Both the position numbers and the translations under genes were made by a program. This document shows positions 21,853-31,879 of a stretch of 64,000 nt of DNA, piece after piece. The DNA is from a bacterium. GTDB taxonomy: Bacteria; UBA8248; JACPRG01; G963555815. The stretch is taken from the NCBI GenBank assembly GCA_965261595.1, contig CBDHDG010000006.1, positions 928,001 to 992,000 of the forward strand. Reading direction: 5' to 3'. The notes beneath the pieces were generated by a model. It had not been told where the DNA came from. It ran no database searches and saw nothing but the letters and a program-made list of their open reading frames with translations. How positions within the stretch are numbered: position 1 is the stretch's first letter; every line of letters begins with the position of its first letter.

Positions 21853-23388
21853 TTATTCGGGGATGTCGTTCTTGGGCAGACCCCGGAGATGGGATTTCCA
21901 CGCCTGAATCTGCCTTTTTCGACCCAGCTTAGCGGCGATTTCCTTCCACTCTTTTAAGGTCCCCATCATGGCGTCCCGGGGGGAAAGGGTCCCGGGGACG
22001 GCCTCGAACAGGTTGCGGCTCAGGACCTCATGGTATTCGGCCGCCCCCACGAGCGGGATCTCAGGGACCATGACCTGCATCAGCCCCTTGAGGATTCCGA
22101 TCAGCTTCGGTGTATACGAAGCCTTGACCTTCGGGTGTTCGAAGTGGGTGGATCGGTGGGGCGTAAAATTCGAATTCGGCCTGGCCACCAACCCGGTGGA
22201 AACCTTGGGGGACGTAAGCCACTGGGCGAGCCAGTAGGCCGCCTCCGGATATGGGCTGTACCGGCTGATCTGCCAGAGAACGGAGCCCATGGACAACGCC
22301 CTGCGGAACGGCCCCCCCCCGACCAGTGAACCGGGCACCGTGCAGAACTTCACCTTGTTCGCAACCTTGGAGCGTCCGGGACGTTTGATGGCGTGGACCG
22401 CCGAGGCAACGGTGAGAATGGAAAACACCTTGCCCTTCAGGAAAGCGGAAACGGTCTCCTCCCGCGTCCAGGCCATGCTCGCCTCCGGCATGTATTTGCT
22501 GATCTCGACATATTCCTTCGTGGCCTCGACAGCTTCCGGGGAATCGAGCGTCGGGTTCATCTCCTCATCAAACGGGGTTTTTCCCTTGGAATAGTAGCGC
22601 TGGAGCCACCACCGCCATCCCTGGCCAAGGGATCGGACCCCCAGGGCGCCGTAATACTTGGAAGCATTCTTCTCATCGGTCGACTCACGCGTAAAAAACT
22701 CAGCCAATTGCTTCCACTGCAACCAACTATCCGGGCAGTCGGGATCCCAACCATATTTCCGCTTAAAGGTGGACCGTTCCGCGGGCAACGCCATCAAATC
22801 ACGCCGAATGACCAAAACCAGGACTTCCGTGTTGGCGAACAGGCCGTACGTCTTCGACCGGTATCGGCCCAGGCTCCGGAACGCGGGGACTTCCGCGTTC
22901 AAGTCCGGCCGGCCCACCCGAATCAAATCGTCCAACGGCAAAAGCGCCCGGCTTTCGACCCCTTCGGGTATTCCGGTCGAAGGCGCGAGAAACAGATCCA
23001 GGCGGCCGGCCTTGGAAGTTGCCTCGGCCCTCATCCGCCGAAGAACATCACGCTCGCTCACGACCAGCATGTCCTTCACAGTGATCCCGGTTTTCAGCCG
23101 GAACTCCTCGACTGCTTTCCCCAACGTCTTCGCATAGTGTTGCGGGACCACAATCGTCAGATCGACGGTCTTGACCCCCCGGCGCATCAGGGCGGCCTTT
23201 CCCCCCGAAAGGGCCCGGGCCGCCGGCGTGGCGCCCAACATCTGGCCCGCCGCCCAATCAGCGCCCAGGACCGCCCAAAGACCCAGGGCGGCCGCGAGAA
23301 TGGAACGCCTCCGCGGGGGCTGACGCCTCCGCCGGCCGCGCGGGGTCCGGGATTTTCCAGGCTGATCCATGTGATTGTCCACAAACAT
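21853..23388 (-). CDS. Extracellular solute-binding protein, sugar ABC (CUT1) type (start uncertain)
   Basis: Signal-like region, RRDL, PDSWLQW..AEFF and AAYWLAQWLTS features. Confidence 0.75.
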   Translation of the reverse strand: MFVDNHMDQPGKSRTPRGRRRRQPPRRRSILAAALGLWAVLGADWAAGQMLGATPAARALSGGKAALMRRGVKTVDLTIVVPQHYAKTLGKAVEEFRLKTGITVKDMLVVSERDVLRRMRAEATSKAGRLDLFLAPSTGIPEGVESRALLPLDDLIRVGRPDLNAEVPAFRSLGRYRSKTYGLFANTEVLVLVIRRDLMALPAERSTFKRKYGWDPDCPDSWLQWKQLAEFFTRESTDEKNASKYYGALGVRSLGQGWRWWLQRYYSKGKTPFDEEMNPTLDSPEAVEATKEYVEISKYMPEASMAWTREETVSAFLKGKVFSILTVASAVHAIKRPGRSKVANKVKFCTVPGSLVGGGPFRRALSMGSVLWQISRYSPYPEAAYWLAQWLTSPKVSTGLVARPNSNFTPHRSTHFEHPKVKASYTPKLIGILKGLMQVMVPEIPLVGAAEYHEVLSRNLFEAVPGTLSPRDAMMGTLKEWKEIAAKLGRKRQIQAWKSHLRGLPKNDIPE

Positions 23389-23576
23389 CACGCCCATTCC
23401 TTCCAACCCGCCGGCCTCGCGGCAACCACCGGCCATTGGATCATGGTAGTCTCGCAACCCGGGTGTTGTTCGCAAGTTGACCGGCGGCCGCGCCGCATGG
23501 GCGCGGCTCCGGCTCGAAGCGGAACCGTCTCCGCGGGCGTCGGGCCGGTTTCGCGTCCGGAAAGGGACCGTTTCGG

Positions 23577-23962
23577 ATGACTCGACTCATCGGCTGTTTG
23601 CTTTTCGCGATCGGGTTCTTCTGGATGAGCCCCGGCCCGCTCAGCGGGCAATCGGCCTTCCGGCTTCCGGCCGTATTGATGATCAACTTTCTCAACCGCA
23701 CACAGCAAATCGCGTATGCCATCGGTCTGAGCGACTGGGAGCGATTGCGGTCCGAAGCCGAAGGGTTGGCCGCTGAAACAGAAAGATACGCAAAAATCGT
23801 TCCATCCCGAATTCCCCTGGGAAAAGACTGAAGGATTTTCGCAAAGACGTGGACGCGCTGATCCGGGCGACGCAAAGCAGGGACAGAGAAGCCGTCGGCC
23901 GGTCGTTCGGACGAATCGAATCCGGCTGCATGACGTGCCATAAATTGTATCGGGATTTGTGA
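23577..23962 (+). CDS. Cytochrome c' / class II four-helix cytochrome c (frameshift at ~23825)
   Basis: Signal peptide; one extra A in the GGAAAAG run joins ...PLGK to RLKDFRKDVDAL...GCMTCHKLYRDL*, giving a C-terminal CxxCH. Confidence 0.75.
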
Positions 23963-24120
23963 GAACGAACGTGACTTTCAACCGGGCCCAGGTCTAATGA
24001 ACTCGGGCCTTTCCCTTCACCCTCGAATCGGGGGCGCCCCCGCGAGGGCCTTCAGACCGCCTGTTTCCGCCTCATATTGAGGGAGGCGGGGGGGGGGAAG
24101 AGGCGAGAGATGGCGGACGC

Positions 24121-24447
24121 TCATGCAGGCGTCCAGGAATACTCGAGTCGCTCGACCCGTCGGCCTTCGCTCATGGCCTCCATGATTTCGGGAACGTCGT
24201 CGGGCTGGATCCCGCAATACCACGTGCCCTCCGGATAGATGACCACCGTCACCCCCGCGCCGCACGGCCCGAGGCAGGAGACGGAGGCCATCATGACCTT
24301 ATCCCAGAGATTCCGCTTGCCGACTTCATCGGCGAATCGCATCATGCAATCCTGGGATCCCTGGGGCCCGCAGGACCCCCTGGGGTGGCCTTCCGGACGC
24401 TTGTTGTTGCAGATGAAGATGTAATGGGCCGGCCCTTTGGGTTCCAT
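24121..24447 (-). CDS. Thioredoxin-like [2Fe-2S] ferredoxin
   Basis: HYIFICNNKRPEGHPRGSC...SCLGPC..G..VVIYPEGTWY. Confidence 0.92.
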   Translation of the reverse strand: MEPKGPAHYIFICNNKRPEGHPRGSCGPQGSQDCMMRFADEVGKRNLWDKVMMASVSCLGPCGAGVTVVIYPEGTWYCGIQPDDVPEIMEAMSEGRRVERLEYSWTPA

Positions 24448-24643
24448 CCTTCAACACTCTCCTCAAAACCGCACCCGGCTTTCCGATCCCTCTACGAGGG
24501 GGCACCCTCCGCAGGGGGGGGCGTCGGGCGTGAACCTGTATGAAAGGGGGGCGGATTTCCGCCCCCCCTCCGGCGACCGGGATTAAGCTTGTCCGCGCGC
24601 CTGCGGGCATTTTCCCCGAGGCGTCGTTGCGGATGCGTTCGGG

Positions 24644-25255
24644 TTACTTCGCCGCGGCGAGGCGGGCGTTCACCTCATCCCAGTTGATGACGTTCCACCA
24701 TGCGGCGATGTAATCGGGACGGCGGTTCTGGTAATTCAGGTAGTAGGCATGCTCCCAGACATCGATGCCGAGAATGGGCGTCGCTCCCTCAGTCCGGGGG
24801 CTGGTCTGGTTGGGCATGGCCATGATCTCGACGGCGCCGCCCTTGGCCACCAGCCAGCACCAGCCGCTTCCCTTCACCCCGATGGCGCCCTTGGTGAACG
24901 CATCCTTGAAGCCGGCAAAATCGCTGAAGGCGGAATTGATGGCGTCGGCCACGGCACCCGCCGGCTCGCCGCCGCCGCCCGCCTTCATGGTCTTCCAGAA
25001 GATGTTGTGATTGTCGGTCCCGCCGCCGTTGAAATTGACACCCGCGCGGGAATCCTCGGGGACTTTGTCGATGTTGGACAGAAGGTCTTCGACCGACATG
25101 CCGGCGAGGTCTCCCCCCAGCTTCTCCAGAATCCCGTTCACGTTGTTGATATAGGTCTGGTGATGCTTGGAGTGGTGGATCTCCATCGTACGGGCGTCGA
25201 TATGGGGCTCCAGGGCGTTGTATGCATAGTCCAAATCCGGCAGTGCGTAGGCCAT
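24644..25255 (-). CDS. sodA: Superoxide dismutase, Fe/Mn family (Mn-type signatures)
   Basis: IHHSKHH, FNGGG, PNQ and DVWEHAYY motifs. Confidence 0.9.
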   Translation of the reverse strand: MAYALPDLDYAYNALEPHIDARTMEIHHSKHHQTYINNVNGILEKLGGDLAGMSVEDLLSNIDKVPEDSRAGVNFNGGGTDNHNIFWKTMKAGGGGEPAGAVADAINSAFSDFAGFKDAFTKGAIGVKGSGWCWLVAKGGAVEIMAMPNQTSPRTEGATPILGIDVWEHAYYLNYQNRRPDYIAAWWNVINWDEVNARLAAAK

Positions 25256-25605
25256 GTCTGATTCTCCCTCTTCGGAATCAAATGACGCAAGGGAAGCCGA
25301 AGCGCTTCGCGCCACGCCTCCTCTTCACATCAAAGCTCGCCGTCCCTCATAAGGATGAGGACCGGCGAATGCTCAATGAGAGTTGGTTCGCAGACCATTT
25401 TAATACGGTCCGGAGCGTTGTCAACTTGATACGCCGGGGAGAGCCGGATCAATCCGCCGGATGGATTGAAAATCAAAAAGTCCGGTGATATCCTACCTGT
25501 TATAGATGATTTAGCGATCGACGAACCGCTACCGGGGGAAACCTTGGGGACGTTGGAGAAAGCGATCCCGCTTTCAATGATGTCCCAGAGCGCAAGGAGG
25601 CATGC

Positions 25606-26727
25606 ATGAAACAGTGGAGCCGGAGAGAGATTCTCGCATTATTCGCCGAATCGATGGCCGCCATGCCGGCCGCGGCCGTCCTGTTGGGCGCGAAACCCGC
25701 TTGAGCCATCAAGCCCAAGGCGAAGATCAAGGCGGCTTTCGTCCTGGTCGGTCCGGTCGGAGACGCCGGATGGAACTACGCCCATGACCAGGGGCGTCAG
25801 TATATGGACAAGATGCTTCCCTACGTCTCGACCGCCGTCACCGAGAATGTCCCCGAGGGGGCGGAGGCCGAGCGGGTCATCACCCAATACGCCCGCAAGG
25901 GTTACAACCTCATCTTCACGACCAGCTTCGGTTACATGGACCCCACCATCAATGTCGCCAAGAAATACCCGGAAGCGGTCTTCATGCACTGCTCCGGTTT
26001 CAAGACGGCCCCGAACGTGGGAACGCATTTCGGCCGGATGTACCAGGCCAAATACCTCGCCGGGTTGATCGCCGGCCGAATGTCCAAGAGCGACACCTTC
26101 GGCTATGTGGCGCCCCACCCCATACCCGAGGTCATCCGCCACGTCAACGCGTACGTCCTGGGTGTGAGGGAGGGTCGTCCCAACGCCAAAATCCACGTCG
26201 TGTTCACCAACACCTGGTACGACCCGGCAAAGGAGCGGGAGGCGGCCGAGAGCCTGCTCGACATCGGCTCGGACATCATGTCCCACGGACAGGACTCCCC
26301 GGCCACCATCCAGGCGGCGGCCAAACGGGGCAAGTACGTCTTCGGCTACGACTCGGACATGACGAAGTTCTCCCCGAAATACCACCTGACCGCGCCCATG
26401 TGGAACTGGGGCATCATCTATGTCCAGATCGCCAAGGCGGTCCACGCCGGAACCTGGAAAAACGATCAGCTCTGGCCGGGCATGGAGAGCGGCGTCGTGA
26501 CCCTGGCACCTTTCAACAAGGCCATTCCCGCGGGTGTCCTGTCGCTGGTCAAGAAGAAGAGGGCGGCCCTTGTGTCGGGTAAAATGAAGGTGTTCCAGGG
26601 CCCCATTCAGGACCAGAGGGGCAAAATCAAAATTCCCGCCAGGCGATCCGCCACCGCTCAGGAAATGCTCAGCATGAAATACTTCGTTCGGGGCGTCGTG
26701 GGAACCCTTCCCGGGGAGAAAAAGTAA
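25606..26727 (+). CDS. BMP family ABC substrate-binding protein with an in-frame TGA at 25702-25704
   Basis: GGAGG RBS, twin-Arg-like leader SRREIL, GPVGDAGWNYAHDQG and TSFGYMD motifs; the leader is in frame with the 25804 ORF across a single TGA. Confidence 0.85.
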
Positions 26728-26896
26728 CCATCCACATTGATCGCCGGGAAAGGGGGCTTCCTGAAAGGGGCTCCGGCTGAAGAGGGCTCCGGCTGAAGAA
26801 CTTTCATGGTGCGAAAAAGGGCGGCCGGAAACGGCCGCCCTTTTCTTCGTATGCCCGGTGAGGCCGGGACGATCGACGCGGGGGCCAGCCGGTCCG

Positions 26897-28051
26897 TCAG
26901 GCCACGGTCGCCGCCGCTTCTTTCCTGAAGTGGGACATCACCCCCTCGGCGAACAACTCCAGGTTCTTTCGGGCCAGGTCGTGGGGCAGGCTCCCGAAAT
27001 GAAGGACCGCCACCAGCAGTCCCAAGCCGGATTCTTTCCGGCATTCTTCCAGTTGTTGACGCACGGTCTCCGCGCTTCCCACAAGGATCATCCGCTTCTC
27101 CAGGAGGCCGCGCGGCTCCACCCTTTTGCCCATTGTCTTCAATTTGTCCCCCAGGATTCGGGCCATCGACTTTTCCGAGACATAGCCCGGAGGAAACAGC
27201 AACTGGGGCGTCATTCTCAGGTACCTGTTGAAGAGGCAATCGATGTGGGGCTCGGCCTCTTTCCAGGCGATTTCATCGGTCTCGGCCACGTAGATGGGGA
27301 CGGCCCAGCCCAACTGCTCGGGTGAGGCCTCATAGCCGAATTTTCGGGCTTCTTCTTTGTACTCTTCATGCAGGAGCTTCACTTGGGAGAAGGGGCTGAA
27401 GATCTGGATGTAAGGGTAACGGTGCTCGGCCGCGAAAGAGATCGTCTCCGCGCTTCCCATCGAGGGCATCCAGATGGGCGGGTGCGGCTTCTGGTAGGGA
27501 CGCGGCCATGGGTTGACGTAGCGGAAGTTGTAATGCTTTCCCTCGAAGGCGAAGGGGCCCGGCTCGGTCCAGGCGCGCAGGATCAGGTCGAGGGCCTCAT
27601 AGAACCGGTCCCGCGATGTGGTGGGGTCCATGCTGAATGAAGTGAACTCGGACCCGATGCCGCGCACGACGCCCGACACAATCCGCCCCTTGGTGATCAC
27701 GTCCAGCATCGCCACTTCTTCCGCCACCCGCAGGGGGTGGTCCCGCAGGTTGATGGCGTTGCCGAGGATGGCGATCTTCGACCGGGAGGTCCGTCTGGCC
27801 AGCGCCGCCGCGATGACGTTCGGCGAAGGCATCAATCCATAACAGGTCTGGTGATGCTCGTTGACGCAAATGGCGTCGAAGCCCAGCTCGTCGGCCCGCT
27901 CCAGGATGTCGAGGTACTCGTTGTACAACTCGTGCCCGAGCTCGGGGTCGTAGTAGGTGTTGGGTATGGTCGCCCACGACGTCCCGAGCTTTTCGACGTA
28001 ATCTTCGGGCATATGGATGTAGGGCATCAGGTGGAAGTAGCTGAACAGCAT
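26897..28051 (-). CDS. LLM-class (luciferase-like) flavin-dependent oxidoreductase
   Basis: NEHHQT, PLRVAEEVAMLD and PRPYQKPHPPIW motifs. Confidence 0.92.
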   Translation of the reverse strand: MLFSYFHLMPYIHMPEDYVEKLGTSWATIPNTYYDPELGHELYNEYLDILERADELGFDAICVNEHHQTCYGLMPSPNVIAAALARRTSRSKIAILGNAINLRDHPLRVAEEVAMLDVITKGRIVSGVVRGIGSEFTSFSMDPTTSRDRFYEALDLILRAWTEPGPFAFEGKHYNFRYVNPWPRPYQKPHPPIWMPSMGSAETISFAAEHRYPYIQIFSPFSQVKLLHEEYKEEARKFGYEASPEQLGWAVPIYVAETDEIAWKEAEPHIDCLFNRYLRMTPQLLFPPGYVSEKSMARILGDKLKTMGKRVEPRGLLEKRMILVGSAETVRQQLEECRKESGLGLLVAVLHFGSLPHDLARKNLELFAEGVMSHFRKEAAATVA

Positions 28052-28243
28052 TTCGCGAACCCCCCTTATCGCGCGGTGAATGGCGCCGCCATATATTCGG
28101 CGCGTCCAGGAAAAGCCAAACTCCGGTGCGGACTTGCCTCAAGACGCTCGGACCGTCCCGGCTTCCTTTAGACAAATCGCGGCCGGGGCGGACCCCACCG
28201 ACGCGGGTCCCCCCCCCGGCCCTACGGGTCCCCTCCCCCGGCC

Positions 28244-28975
28244 CTATCGGGCGTCGGGATTCCCCCCGGTTCCGCGCCCCCTCTTCAGGAAGCGGGACTT
28301 CCTCTTGAAGCGGATTTCCGTCTCGCCCAGGTCGTTACCGATCCGCAAGATGAAGGGGATCGGCGCGTGGCGGTCGAACCCACCTAGCTGGAGCCCCCTG
28401 GCCCTGATCCGGAACCTCCCGTTCCGGCGGATTTTCACCCGGGTGACGCCGCCGACATTTCCCTTATAGCGAAAGCCTTTGGCCGCCCCATCTTCCCCCG
28501 CGATCACCTCGCGAAATCTGACAAAGGACCCGGCGGGAATCGTCTCGCTAAATCCTCCGAACGTTACGGTCACGTCTTCATGGAGGGGGTCGATCCCGTC
28601 GCTTCCCTCGCCCAGAGAGAAACTCCCCTTGAGGCGGAACCGGTCTCGGTAAGCCTTTTCGCTCACCTTGAGACGGACCTTCCGGACCTTGAACGCGGTG
28701 AAACGCACAACCGGACCCTCCGGCCGAACCGCCGGCCCGGGGAGGCGCTCGTCCCTGAGACCGGGCCGCTCTCCCGACCCGGCGGCCAAACAGGCCTCGC
28801 TCTCCTCCGGGGTGATCCGCGCTTGTCGGCCGCCCCCCCCCGGGGCGGCTCCTGTCAGTCGAATCCGGGCCCGGGTCCGCCAATCGCCTCGACTCCAACA
28901 GGAGAAGTCCAACTGAACCTCCGGCTCATAAAAGCATGCCGGAGCCCACCCGCGCAATTCTTCCACACCACTCAT
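28244..28975 (-). CDS. Hypothetical protein, possibly a remnant of a secreted-protein C-terminal domain
   Basis: Only the second half (LKGSFSLGEGSDGIDP...TIPAGSF...LRIGNDLG) looks like a folded beta domain. Confidence 0.35.
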   Translation of the reverse strand: MSGVEELRGWAPACFYEPEVQLDFSCWSRGDWRTRARIRLTGAAPGGGGRQARITPEESEACLAAGSGERPGLRDERLPGPAVRPEGPVVRFTAFKVRKVRLKVSEKAYRDRFRLKGSFSLGEGSDGIDPLHEDVTVTFGGFSETIPAGSFVRFREVIAGEDGAAKGFRYKGNVGGVTRVKIRRNGRFRIRARGLQLGGFDRHAPIPFILRIGNDLGETEIRFKRKSRFLKRGRGTGGNPDAR

Positions 28976-29000
28976 CGCCGCTCAAGCGACCCGCCGGCGG

Positions 29001-29792
29001 CTACGACCAAGGCGTCACCGGCTTGGGCGCCCGCTCTCCGTCTACATCAATCACGTCCATATGCTCATCGAAAAAACAGAGCAGGTCCTTGATTTTCGGA
29101 CATTCCGCGATGGGATCGGGATAGCTCCAGACGATGTCCGCCCGAACCGCGCCGCCCGCCCGGACCGACCAGTAGCGCGCGGTCCCTTTATAAGGACAGC
29201 GCGTCGATGTCCGGGTCGGATCGAGCAGCTCCATCCGGACATCTTCCATCGGGATGTAATAACGAACCGGAAGTCCGGTCTCCAACACAAGAGAAGGCCG
29301 GCGGGTTTCGGCGACAACCTCCCCCCCGACCATCACCCGGACGTGGCGGGCGCTCTTCAGGACATCCACCCGTTTGTACGGATCGCGGGCGTGGACGAAA
29401 ACCTCTTCCTCCTCCTCGGTCCAGGCGTCCATCGCGTTCCATTCGAACGCCAGACAGCCCCGGATGTCCGCGCCCTCATCGGAGGGATTCAGATAACTCC
29501 AAACCGCGTTCTCGGCCGTCCGGCCGCCCGCTTTGAGCGTCCACCTGGCGGCGTCGCCGAGCTTCGGGTGATGCGCGCCGGGGCCGCTTTCCTCCATCCA
29601 GTCCGTTCGGACGTCTTCTTTCGGAAAGAAGTAGATCGGCACGCGCTTCGCCTCGCGAAGCAACATGACGCCCTTGCTGTCCACGACGGTCTCCCCGCCG
29701 AATTCAACCCGCACGCGCCGGGGGCTCGGCTCGATATGGATCCATGGGCCGTCATCCTCCCGAACGCCCGGGGCGCCCGTCCTTCCATCCAC
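29001..29792 (-). CDS. Tandem DUF427 domain protein
   Basis: RRVRV..GGE.V.DS and ETGLPVRYYIP...CPYKGTARYW repeats. Confidence 0.88.
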   Translation of the reverse strand: MDGRTGAPGVREDDGPWIHIEPSPRRVRVEFGGETVVDSKGVMLLREAKRVPIYFFPKEDVRTDWMEESGPGAHHPKLGDAARWTLKAGGRTAENAVWSYLNPSDEGADIRGCLAFEWNAMDAWTEEEEEVFVHARDPYKRVDVLKSARHVRVMVGGEVVAETRRPSLVLETGLPVRYYIPMEDVRMELLDPTRTSTRCPYKGTARYWSVRAGGAVRADIVWSYPDPIAECPKIKDLLCFFDEHMDVIDVDGERAPKPVTPWS

Positions 29793-29989
29793 CGATCTTC
29801 TCCCCTCGCCGTCCGAATCGCTCTCAAAAGACTAACATGCCCCAACATCCGCCGGGGCGCGCAAGAAACGTCGCGGAACGGAAGACTCTCCCCGCCGGTC
29901 GCGGTCCTCCCCAGGTGGTCATCCCCGGCGGCCCGGCCTATAATCTCCGCGTTCCGAGCGCGCCTGACATCCTTTTCAAGGGAGATGAG

Positions 29990-31177
29990 ATGGGACCGTT
30001 GGAGGGCATTCGCGTCCTCGACCTCTCGCAGGTCGTTGTGGGGCCATATTGCACCATGCTTTTGGGCGATCTGGGGGCCGAGGTCATCAAGGTCGAGCGG
30101 ACCGGCCGGGGGGACGACACCCGGTCGTGGGGGCCTCCCTTTCTGGAAGGCGAAAGCGCCTACTTCCTCAGTCTCAACCGCAACAAGAAAAGCGTCACGC
30201 TGAACCTCAAAGACCCGAAAGGGCTGAGTGTCCTCCTGGACCTCGCGGCGAAGAGCGACATATTCATCCAGAACTTCAAGCCTGGAACCATCGACCGGCT
30301 GGGCGCGGGATACGGGGCGGTCTCCGGTGTCAACCCGAAGGTCCTCTACTGCTCGATCTCCGCCTACGGCTCGACGGGGCCTTACAAGGACTACGCCGGG
30401 TACGACGTGATCGTCTCGGCCATCGGCGGGATGATGAGCATCACGGGCGAACCGGACGGACCCCCGACGAAGGTGGGCGTGGCCATCACGGACGTGGCGA
30501 CGGGGATGCTGGCGCACGGGTCGATCCTGGCGGCGCTCTACGCCCGCGAGCGCACGGGCAAAGGGCAGCACATCGAGCTCTCGCTCCTGGAGACCCAGGT
30601 GGCCGTCCTCATCAACCAGGCGAGCAACTACCTGGTGGCCGGGGTGGTCCCGCAACGCTGGGGGACCCGCCATCCCTCGATTGTCCCTTACCGGGCCTTC
30701 CAGGCGAAAGACAATTACGTCGTCATCGGCGCGGGAAACGACAGCCTTTATCAGCGGTTCTGCGGGGCCGTCGGACATCCGGAATGGGCCGAAGACCCGC
30801 GCTTTGCGGCCAACCCGGACCGCGTCCAAAACCGGGACGTCCTGGAGGGCATGATCCAGGAGGTTATTCAGACGCGCACAGCGGATGAATGGTTCAAGAC
30901 CATCTCGGACGCGGGGGTGCCTTGCGGGCCCGTGAACACCATCGACAAGGCCCTCCGGGATCCCCAGGTCCTCCACCGGAACATGGTGGAGGAGATCGAT
31001 CACCCGACCGCCGGACGGATCAAGCTGACGGGGATTCCCGTGAAGATGTCCGGCACCCCCGCCGAGATCCGCCTTCCGCCCCCGACGCTCGGCCAGCACA
31101 CCGATGAGGTCCTGCGGGACGTTCTGGGCTACGATGAAGGCCGCATCGGGACACTGCGCTCCGCGGGGACCATCTGA
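29990..31177 (+). CDS. CaiB/BaiF (family III) CoA transferase
   Basis: PLEGIRVLDLS, LGAEVIKVE, NRNKKS and PPTLGQHT motifs. Confidence 0.93.
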   Translation: MGPLEGIRVLDLSQVVVGPYCTMLLGDLGAEVIKVERTGRGDDTRSWGPPFLEGESAYFLSLNRNKKSVTLNLKDPKGLSVLLDLAAKSDIFIQNFKPGTIDRLGAGYGAVSGVNPKVLYCSISAYGSTGPYKDYAGYDVIVSAIGGMMSITGEPDGPPTKVGVAITDVATGMLAHGSILAALYARERTGKGQHIELSLLETQVAVLINQASNYLVAGVVPQRWGTRHPSIVPYRAFQAKDNYVVIGAGNDSLYQRFCGAVGHPEWAEDPRFAANPDRVQNRDVLEGMIQEVIQTRTADEWFKTISDAGVPCGPVNTIDKALRDPQVLHRNMVEEIDHPTAGRIKLTGIPVKMSGTPAEIRLPPPTLGQHTDEVLRDVLGYDEGRIGTLRSAGTI

Positions 31178-31200
31178 CGCGAAATTCCCTCCAAGAGGAG

Positions 31201-31608
31201 ATGGTTCAAATGGTCCACAAAGAAGTCATCGCCCCCTCGGGTCTCGGGGAGCCCATCGGGCCGTTCGTGCGGGGGATCCGCGCGGGCGGTGTCGCGGTGA
31301 TCTCGGGGACGAGCGCGCTCTCCCACGTCAAAGGCCCGTTCGAATCGCGCGAGATGCCCGGCGATTTCGAATCCCAGGCCCGCCTGACATTCAAAAATCT
31401 GGAGGTCGCCCTTCAAGCGGCCGGCCTGGGCTGGGAGGACGTGATCAAGATGATGGTGATCGTCAAGCGGCGGGAGGACTACGCGCGGATGAACGCCATC
31501 CGGAAAGAGCTCTTCGAGGACATCCCGATGGCGAGCACGACTTTCGTCGCGGAGCTCATCAGGGAGGACATGCTCATCGAGGTGGATGTCTGGGCGGTCG
31601 CGCCGTAA
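31201..31608 (+). CDS. RidA/YjgF family protein
   Basis: ISGT, QARLTFKNL, PMAST and LIEVD motifs. Confidence 0.85.
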   Translation: MVQMVHKEVIAPSGLGEPIGPFVRGIRAGGVAVISGTSALSHVKGPFESREMPGDFESQARLTFKNLEVALQAAGLGWEDVIKMMVIVKRREDYARMNAIRKELFEDIPMASTTFVAELIREDMLIEVDVWAVAP

Positions 31609-31879
31609 GGCCTAAAACCTTGGGGGGACATTTTGAAAATTGTCCCCCCAATCCCCCCCTCAAAAACTTTCGTTGGAAATCTTCGAGTTGGTACAAGGAC
31701 CAGCCCCTCCGAGACTTTAGCGCGTCATGTGCGCAGGGGTCGTCTCCTCGGAGTTGGACTTTCTGCACTCGCCTACCGACTCGTTAACTTATCGGAGGAC
31801 CATGCGCCGGGGAGGTTGTGAAAAGCACGATCACCTCCACCCGCAACTTGGCCGGCGCGCAAGCGCCCCCGCGTGAAAT

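Noticed and set aside
26768..26799. 16-bp direct repeat GGGCTCCGGCTGAAGA x2
   Set aside because: Only two abutting copies with no spacers; not CRISPR.
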